Origin: a virus
DNA length: 64,000 nt
Direction: 5' to 3' (one strand)
IMG/VR virus record: IMGVR_UViG_3300040959_000809
A program made the translations under genes and the position numbers. Of this stretch, positions 1 to 9,800 are shown one piece after another. The notes beneath the pieces are model-generated. The model searched no databases. It saw only the letters and a list, made by a program, of their open reading frames with translations, and was not told the origin of the DNA. Each line of letters begins with the position of its first letter. Position 1 is the first letter of the stretch.

Positions 1-379
1 GTGTTACCGCATCCTCTGCTGTAGACCATGGGAAAGAACCTTGGTTTATTTCAGTGACGACTCCTGATTTATCCTCAATCTGTTTTTGGATCTGTTCGTC
101 AATATGTACTTTATATGTTCTGTCCCCATTTACTCTATTTTGAATCCATGCCAAAACATCAGCTTCAGTCAGATCTGCAAATGCCTTAAATGAACCAGCT
201 GGAACATTCTCAGCAGTAAATGGTGTAGCACCAGAGAAAGTACCATCGACACCATCAGCATTAGCACCAGTACATTCCCAATATGTTTGAACCACAGCAC
301 TAGGTAATGTCTCACCATCTGCGTTCACTTGATCACGAACTTTAAGTCCACGAACCTTCCAAGTATATGTAAAATCCAT
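1..379 (-). CDS. Small tail-fibre-associated protein, 3' end truncated by the window edge (not in the supplied ORF track)
   Basis: Hand translation from ATG at 379: MDFTYTWKVRGLKVRDQVNADGETLPSAVVQTYWECTG...FSGATPF...FKAFADLTEADVLAWIQ..., open to position 1. GGAG lies at 387-390 and AATAAATA at 411-418. Resembles small proteins often encoded next to S74-bearing fibres. Confidence 0.8.
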   Translation of the reverse strand, partial: MDFTYTWKVRGLKVRDQVNADGETLPSAVVQTYWECTGANADGVDGTFSGATPFTAENVPAGSFKAFADLTEADVLAWIQNRVNGDRTYKVHIDEQIQKQIEDKSGVVTEINQGSFPWSTAEDAVT

Positions 380-410
380 TATTATTCTCCGATTTTAGTT
401 TAATATAAGT

Positions 411-418
411 TATTTATT
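411..418 (-). promoter_or_regulatory. T4-type late promoter, near consensus (AATAAATA)
   Basis: Plus strand tatttatt at 411-418, in the gap upstream of the 1-379 gene. Confidence 0.55.
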
Positions 419-854
419 AATCTTCCACTGCGTCTGCAAAGTACGTTGTGGTCTTTAAGAAATTGTATGCCTGGGTAAGTTCACTCGGTGCGCCTTCTGA
501 TGTATCTAACATAAAGCATGGCTCATACCCTTTCCACATTTGCCCGAAATCTGAATCCATAGGAGCATCTGTAGGTGCAGAACCAATCATCCCAAGCGGC
601 TCAGATCCATTTTCTCTTGCATCTTTTGAAACATAAACAGTTATGGTTACCTTGGCAAGATATCCCGCCTTCCATTCACGTTCATTATCTGGTCTCTGCT
701 CGCCACCATTTGTCAAGCCATCTTGTCTTCCGGCATCACGTGGATCTTTAATATCAGCAACCCTTTTTTCCACATCAACTTTGGTTATAATGTGATATGC
801 ATTAGGTACCGTAAGTCCGGTATTTTTTATTACGAAATCTTGAATTAAAGCCAT
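417..854 (-). CDS. Hypothetical 145-aa protein, probably tail-fibre assembly/accessory
   Basis: ATG overlaps the fibre stop (TAATG) and has an upstream GGAG. Lies directly downstream of the S74-containing fibre. Confidence 0.8.
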   Translation of the reverse strand: MALIQDFVIKNTGLTVPNAYHIITKVDVEKRVADIKDPRDAGRQDGLTNGGEQRPDNEREWKAGYLAKVTITVYVSKDARENGSEPLGMIGSAPTDAPMDSDFGQMWKGYEPCFMLDTSEGAPSELTQAYNFLKTTTYFADAVED

Positions 855-3800
855 TATTTACTCTCCATTAATTTATATACCATTTCTTTCAATTTGTCAA
901 TCTCTTTTTGTTGATTATCAAGTTTTTGTTCCTGTTTATTTATCAAATCTTGTTGGTCTTTTGTAGCTTCAATAAGCACACCGACAAGTTTATCATAAGC
1001 TACACCGTAACGATCATTTTCATCATCATAGGTAATAACCTCTGGAACGACCTTTGCTGTTTCCTGAGCAATGACACCCATATGGCGTCTATGCTCTTTA
1101 TCTTCAGGCTGCCATTTCCAATTATAATAAACACCACGCAAATTCAATACCTTGTCTAAGGCATTATCAATTGTTACAATATTTTCTTTGTGTCTTTCAT
1201 CTGAGAAAGCAACAATATCACCCGTTGCATAAATGTCACCAGAAACATAAAGTTCATATGTGGACGATGTAGTAGAAGAACCGATACCCAAACAGGTATT
1301 ATTTGGATTATAGAACCAAGCCCAACGACCCAAGCCTTGATAATAAAGACCGCCATAACCACCGTCTGTACTTCTAAACATCCAGTGAATGTCATTGGAT
1401 ACCTGCGACATTGCAAATCCATAATAGTTATTACGATTTCCAAGTAGGTTCATTGAACCGTATGAGGTAGATGAGTTCGGATAAATGTGCCAGCCATTAG
1501 TACTAGAATAATAGCCAGATGTATTGGTTAACTGCCAAGCAGCTTTATATGTATAACCAGATGTGTTATTATTGAACGTCCAATTTAATGTATTGTTATT
1601 ATAATCTCTTTCAATACGGATACCACCATAACCACCATAGGCCGCCATGGTAATACCAGTATGATATTGAAGTACTAGATCTGGGTACGGGCTAGACCAA
1701 GCTCCATTTTCTTGGAAGCCCCAACCATATGGCCAATCACTACGATCATAACTACCTCCACTGTTAGATCCATTATACGGTGAATCATATACATTAGCCT
1801 CGATGACATTCATCCGTGAGGTTGATGCAAAATTACCGTAGTAGCCATCATTATTATGATCATAAAAGATGGGTGAGCGGAAGCTACCGTCAGCGTAACC
1901 ATTACCTACAACATGAAGATCATATGAAGCAGTACCTGTATCACCTGTGCCACCACCAACTTTAAATGTATCCGCAACAACAAGTCTACCTTGTGTTGTC
2001 AGTGACATAGCACCTTGTGCAGTGTTGTGACCCGTGTCACCCCACCAGAAGCCGCGATCATCCTCATCATTGAATTGGAATGTCATAGCCCAGTCATTCA
2101 GACCACCATATGTAATCCCTGACTGCATACCGATAGCAAAGTCTGAACTATCATATACACGAATCTTATCACGAGTACTGTTTGAAGGACCGTCTAGTCT
2201 GTTGAAATCCATTGTATTAATATTGGAATTTCCAGCCATATTCATGTAATAGGTGTCGTCATCCGTATCATAGAATAGTGGCGCACGGAATGATTGAGAT
2301 GCATAAACATTACCATTTGCTCGAGCCTGGAATCTCCATTGATTGGCAATATCACTAGAACCCGCACCATGTTGTCCTAGATACAGCCCGGAATTTTCAT
2401 CATTATTATTATTTGAATCAATGTTTATGAATACATTATTATATGAGTTAATCCTGATATCATCTGAAGCGTCACCCGCCGCATTTCTTGATGTAATACT
2501 GTGGTTGGTATTGTCATTACCGTAGAATGTAATATAATCACCTTGGTCCTTCATATTAAACCGATCAGCTGTAATCGTATTCATAATTGATGTAGAAGCT
2601 GGATCTGCATAGAAAGCAGGATCATTAGTATCATAATAACGGCCAGCATACATCGAGCCGCCGTTTGAACTATTTTCATCAAGAACAGGAATTGTTCTCC
2701 AAGCTCTAAACGTATTACCCCAAGTTGAGCGGAACCGAAGGTTTGTAATTGGTCCACCAACCATTTGCCAACCATAGCGGTTAGTTCCGTTTGAATAGTG
2801 ATATGCCTGAACACCGACCCAGTGTGATGTACCTGAAGGCTGGTTACCCGGGTTAGACCAAGAATCAATAAAGCCAGATCCCCAGTCAGCAACCACCGTT
2901 GTCATATCTTGCTTGCCCCAGCCCATTGCACCTGACCAATAGTTGGTATCAGAGGTAATCCGAGGTCTTGCTCTATAGTACTCACCAGAATCTCTTGTGT
3001 GCCCTGGCAAAGCCATATAAGCCATGGTTACATTATTCACACCTTTAAAACGTGTAGAGTTAATAGATACCGGATTGAAATACCAATTACTATCATCTGT
3101 ATCTCTAAAGATAGGAGCACGCATATCATTATTGGCTTCAAAATAACCATTTTGTGTACGAGCCTGCTGACCACCGTTATAGTAAAGAATGGTACGAGCA
3201 TTTCTTTCTAAGTAAATCTGCCAATCATCGTCAGGTGATTTAAAGCCCCAGTGACTATCTTCATCAAAGTAAATACGACCACAGTTAGTTGAGTTACTAT
3301 CGCGGAAAATAATTTCACCGTGGTCAGAGTCATTTGAACGAATTGACATTGTGTCTGCATCGTCATCGTAAATATCCCAGCCGTTATCCAAGCTGTACAC
3401 ATTAGCAATGATTGTATTCATTCTAGATGTGCTAGCAAAATCACCGTAGTAAGCCGGATTGTTATAATCATAGTAAATGGTAGCATACATTGATGTATTG
3501 TAGTTACTAGCATTATTAGTTGTAAGAGCCATAGACGCTGTGCGAGTCTGTCGAACGGTACCATAATCGCCATTGCCGCGGAACCCTACGGTCCATCCAT
3601 TGCCCCAGTCGGTAGAAAAACTACTATAACCTGTGTGTACATTTGTAACAGAAACCTGTGGATATTGCCAACCTTTATATTCACCGATACAAACAATATG
3701 ACGAGAGCCATCAGTACCAAATCTAAAGTTTACACGGCCATAATCACTGTCTGTAAGTTGAGTAACAGAAACGTTGGTCCACCGGCCACTAGAATATGCA

Positions 3801-6800
3801 TATCCACCAACTCTAAATGTTGACATTCTACCGAAATTATATTCGTAAACATTAACATCAAAGTGAAGCATTGTATTGCCGCTATAACGGCTGGTTGGAA
3901 GATAAATTGTCAAAACACCATTTACTGTAGATGCAGACGTTGTATAAGTACCACCATTAGGCATTGCAAACCGACGAGTTTGGCCATCATATACATTGTT
4001 TATTCTAGCATAATTCATCAACGTTGTCGAAGCAAAATCACCATAGTATGCAGGATTATTGCGGTCATAATATCTATCAGCATATGCATTACCATAGATT
4101 TCAGTAGTACCGCCATTTGTTCTTAGCGCCCATTGGCTATCGGCTGAGTTGCGGAATCCGATATTATTACTGTTATCAGCACGGATATAACCTCGAGCAC
4201 TATTACCTGTAGTAGTAAACAATATCTGTGAGGTTGCCTGAGTAGAATACAATCTAAACCGCTGGTTAGTATCAGAATACCAATGCATTGCTGTTGCTTG
4301 GTTATATAGACCTTCACCACTATTATCATTTCTGAACCAGTTACGAGCATAGAATTCAGTTGCGCGTATACCAGTACCCATATTTGAGAATCCAGCAGGA
4401 TCAGCATAATATGCAGGATCATTGCGGTCATAAAAAATTGGAGAATCAATTCTGTCATTGATTAATGTTTGGCCGTTTCCACGGACAATCATATTCCATT
4501 GGCCACCTACACCGCCATCACGGAATGAGATATCCTCACCACCTGATGTTGCAATAATTAAGTGAGCATCATTAGTTTCTGTTGCTTGGATGTAACCACG
4601 GGTACTTCCAGATGACGTTTGGAAGTTTGCAATTCCACCTGCAACATGAGTGGTAGTATTTACATTAATTGCGTTCATCCGTGAAGTTGATGCAAAATTA
4701 CCGTAGTAGTTAGGATCATTACTGTCGTAGAAAATAGGTGCCCGTACACTATTATGTGCATCGTAACGATTAGCAATATTTGGACTATCATAATCGTGTG
4801 TTATGCTAGCCGCATTATTAAATGTCATACGTTGTGATTTGCCAGGTATGATTAGGCGACTGTTTGCCGGAGCAGAAGTGCTACCTTGATCATTCTGAAT
4901 TGTCTGGCCATTTCTATAAATCCAGCGCCATCTTGCAAATGAGTTCCAGGCAGCACCTGAGAATCTAAGATACACGTTCCGAGCATTATCAATATAAACC
5001 TCTGGGCTAATTTGCCCATTTGAGCTTTCTAGATCATGCTGAATGGACATACCTGAACTTGCGTATGTTGCCATATGCACAGTACCTTTAACGGCACCAG
5101 GGTAATTAGAATCACGTTTACAATAATATTCAATTGCGCCAATTGAGGTAGCGCTAGATAATGTTGCGACACGGATATAATAATATGAAAGGACGGATCC
5201 GTTCCAGTTATATGGCGTTCTTGAATACCACTGACCTTGTTGTGGATTGTTCTGATCAAACCCACCTAATGTCAATGTATTCAGATAGGATCTATCACCT
5301 GGTTCAGTCCAATAAGATGTAGAGGATCTATCTGTAAATCTATTTGCATATATTGTATTTTCTGCATATACGTGTCTGTCGTTTTGCAGCCAGAACATTG
5401 CTTCGTTATTACCAGAGGACCAACCTCGGCCAATCCCATAGTGTGGGTTAGTGTTGTTAGGTGAGTAACCAAAACTTAGTCTTGTTGAATTTGTGCCAGA
5501 GGTGCCAATTACCCAATGCTTAAAGTTACCTGTAGAGGCGTTAGCACTATCATACCCCATAAATCGTAGAGTAGGTCCATGTGTAGAATTATTAATTCGA
5601 GATGATACAAGATTTATTTGAGGATATTGTCCTCTTAATGTAAGGTCTGGTCGTCTACTTTCGGATAATAGACCATTGGTTTTATTTGTTTCATCACCTA
5701 ATTGAATCCGCGCAGGTTGACCACCAGAACTATTATAACCGGCTGTGGGCACCAATTGAATTCTTTGCATACGTGATTCAGAAGCAAAATTACCGTAGTA
5801 GTTAGGATCATCATTATCGTAGAAAATAGGAGAATATATATTCCCTGGTGTCGTTACTCTAGTAGTACTCCAACCAATATTACGACCAATGTAAAGATCA
5901 TCAGTTCCATCGTAGAATAGGAATGATTTAACAGCATCACCAGAATCGTGGCCCACAAATTCCCATGTCTCTGAGAAGTTTGCCATAAGTCCAGCGCGAA
6001 TATCTGATGCCCAAGTGCCAGCACTGAAGTCATAATTGGTATCGGTACGACCAATATTTAATGCACCAGGTTGCATATTTCCAACTGAATAATTGGAGTT
6101 AGCAATTTCACCGTAAACTCTCATAGAGAGATCGGCATTACCATCCCAAATATATGCATTATTATCTCTATCTACAATTTTACTTACGTTGACCTGGTTC
6201 ATTACCGAGGTGCCAGCAAAATCACCATAGAAACCTGTGTTATCTCTATCTCTAAATACAGGTGCGTCTGCATTACCTGATACATCAAGATCACCAGTTA
6301 CAAAAATATCATCCGAGCGAATACGACCTTGTACATTTGATCTTTTTAGAATTGGTGGGCCGAACTCACGAAGAGCACCGGCACTGTTGTAGTTCATTAA
6401 GATACGAATACGTACAAATCTACAGCCACCGCCATCTGAACCATTATAAGGTGTGTGCGTTGTCGGAATTGTTGTAAAGCCACGATATGTATTCCAACCA
6501 GTACTTGTATAGTTTACAGCACTTGCAACAAAGTATGTAGTACCAGTATTACCAGCAATCGGCTTTTTATCTTTATCAAATCGTTCAATACCATAGTAAA
6601 ATAATCCACCAGAACCAGAAACATATCTGATTGCCATTTCACCATAAATTTCTTCACCAGGTTCAACAGCAATATAATCTGAATAGAATTGACGATATGC
6701 AGATGTCCTTACGACATAACTCGATGCAGTTGGTGAATCGCTGCTCTTAGAATAATCACCAGTTTGAATATTATTGGTTTCTGAACCTTGTAGAACATTA

Positions 6801-9800
6801 ACAACACGGCGATCCCAATATTCCGATCCATCAAAGAGTGTATCATCAGCAAGACCTGTTCCGTAGTGCTTAAGTAGACCAAGATCCTCATTGCCACCAT
6901 TGATAGCAAAACTACCAGCGGATAGTGTGCCTTGGAAATATGCATTGCCGTTATCAAGATCAATAGAAGCTCTTAAGTTTCCGCTACCGACAAATACAAG
7001 CTCATTTGGATTACTTGTAGAAAAGTGTGAATATGCAGGATTATCATTACCGGCCCAGAAAATACCCCAGTTAGTAGCAGTTCTCCAAACCCAGTGTGAA
7101 TAATCCTGAGCATCAAGGAAGATATTATTACTTCCGTCACCAGATGTAGCAAAACCAGCGCGTTGGATATAACCAGGAACTCTTAAAGCTCTATCTGCAT
7201 TGGCTACATCAAGATCTAACCAATAGGATGTCGAAGATGGTGCATAATAAATTGGAGCCCGCATTTGGTTAGTGGCAAGGAAATAACCGTTTTCAGTTTC
7301 TGCCTGTTTTGTACCATTAAAATATAAATCGGTTCCGGCATTTCTAGTAAGGTACATCGCCCATTTATTGTCAGTATCATTATAGATACCAGCTTCAGAT
7401 GGACCAGATGACATGAATACCCAGTCATCATTAATTGCGTAACCAGCCCAACTGTTTGTAGTACCGCCAACTCTAATAGAACCATAATCACCAGTAATAC
7501 CATCAATAAAATATGTGGAACTATCTACTTCAAATTTTTGAGCTCTCATAATATTCGTAAGAGAGGTTCCAGCAAAATCACCGTAATAATTTACGTCGTT
7601 GGAATCTACAAATTTTGGTGCTCTAAATTCAGTAGGTGTGTAAACGTGATCAACATAAGCAATTAAATTATCACGGGTATTATAAGGAGATGTGGTCTTT
7701 TTAAACCTCATTCTAATTGATTCATTGCCATCAAAATCATCTTCTGATTGAAGAATCAATGCACCCGTGTCTGTCCCAGATGGGCTTTCACCATAGATTT
7801 TCCAACCGTCATTATCACCGGTCTGTTGGCCGATATAATAAGTTGGCTGAGTAGATGTTGTGGTATATGATGTACCCACTGGGTTCTGAGGCATCGTAAT
7901 CCGAGCCATAACAGATGTGCCAGAGAAATTACCATAGAAATTATTATCATCATAATCGTAATAGATTGGAAAATATGCATAATCATTTGCACTATATGCA
8001 CCAATACCACCACCGTCGAATTCTGTAAATCTATTAAAATAAAACTTAGCTCTATCTGTTTGGAAATGAGAATAATTTGTATTCATCGGGCCAATATCTA
8101 CATAACCCGATGGTGTTGTTAATCTCCATGCATTACTTGTTTCTGGTGTCCAGGAATAATCATTATTACTAATATCAATAAATGAATTACCGTAAATATT
8201 ATTCGCACCAAAATGTTCATATGCATTACCTGGATTGTTTCTTGCAACAATACGGCCTGTGGACTCAATACTGAGCTGAGAAGCAACTACACCACCCCAA
8301 TGAAAGGCTAGATGTGGAGGTGTTGCTGCGGCGGTTCCAGTATAATTGGATTCACGAAGTTCAATAGCAGCAGTTGAATATGACGTACCTGTAGACGTGG
8401 CTGCAACCTCAAAATTACCTTTTAATTTACCACCTGCGGTAAAGTCCATGTAGAAGGTTTGATCATCACTGTCTTTAAATATATCAAAAATCGCATCACC
8501 AGTAGAATAAACATCAACGTTATTCCGTACGCGTAAATAGTTGGCATCTTCCATATACCAACCAGAACCCCAACCAAATGCAAGTTCCTCATCTTTTAAG
8601 AATGATGCAGTTCCACGGCCAAAGATAATACCGTCATCATTACCATTCAGATAAATCGAGCCACTCACATGAAGTTTTGGATTACTTGGAGTAGTCGTTA
8701 GTGCTGTATTGTCACCACCATCTGTATATGTTACAGAGTCACCATTAACAATAACATCGCCACCGTTTAGAATTGCGGCTCTAGCGGATCCACCGCCACT
8801 ATACCAATAAACATCACCGTCTGTATCAGATACATTATATACGTTTCCATTAGCGGCGCCTCTGACGGTGAACGTCTGAGTACCATCAGTATACAACGAT
8901 ATGTATCTGTTACTATCGTTGAAAGGGTTTTGTCCTAGGTCTATGCGGTTTAAATACATCAATGAGTAGCCGCCGTTTGAGCCACTCATAGCGAATGTTG
9001 TGTTCTGTCCTGCGCCAATAGATCCATGAGGAGCAATTGCCAGACCACCATTGCCCGTAGTATCAGCCCATCTTGACGCGTCCGTAATAGTGCCAAATAG
9101 CCCTTTACCTGCGGCCGTCAATGATGTGGTTGTATCTGCCGGATTTAAATAATATGAATTATTATCATAATCTGTAAACTTTGGTGCTCTCAGTTCATTT
9201 GTAAATTCACTGAAGCCGTTTGTGACTCTAAACCGTTTATTGTTATTAGTAAATACCTCAAATTCATCCGTAGCAGGGAAATGAATATATGTGTCAATAT
9301 TACTATCTCGTCTAATTTTATCAACAAGATTAATTCTTCTCATTCTTGAGGACGATGCAAAGTCACCATAGTAGGTAGCATCGTCGTTGTCATAATAGAC
9401 ACCCGCATACATATTTAATGCGCTTACATCGCCACTAAAAGTTCCACCAACGGCTGTGATATCACCAGTGAAGGTTCCATCATCAGCAGAAATATCACCA
9501 TTAAAAATACCATTGTTTGCGGTGATATCATCTGAAAGTGTAATATCAACACCAGTAACAGTGCCGGCAAAATTAGCCGCATTTAATTCGGAGGTCCCAG
9601 CTGGGTCAAGAAAATATGTGTCATCGTCCGAATCATAGAATTTTGGTGCATATACATCTACAGAAAAATCTGCAGAATCAGTATCAATACTTAAGCGTTC
9701 AGTATTATCTGTAAATAACTTATATGTATTATCGGCAGAAAATCCAAAATATGTAGTTTGATTGTTATTGTGTAAAATCCAATCATCAATAACAATACTT

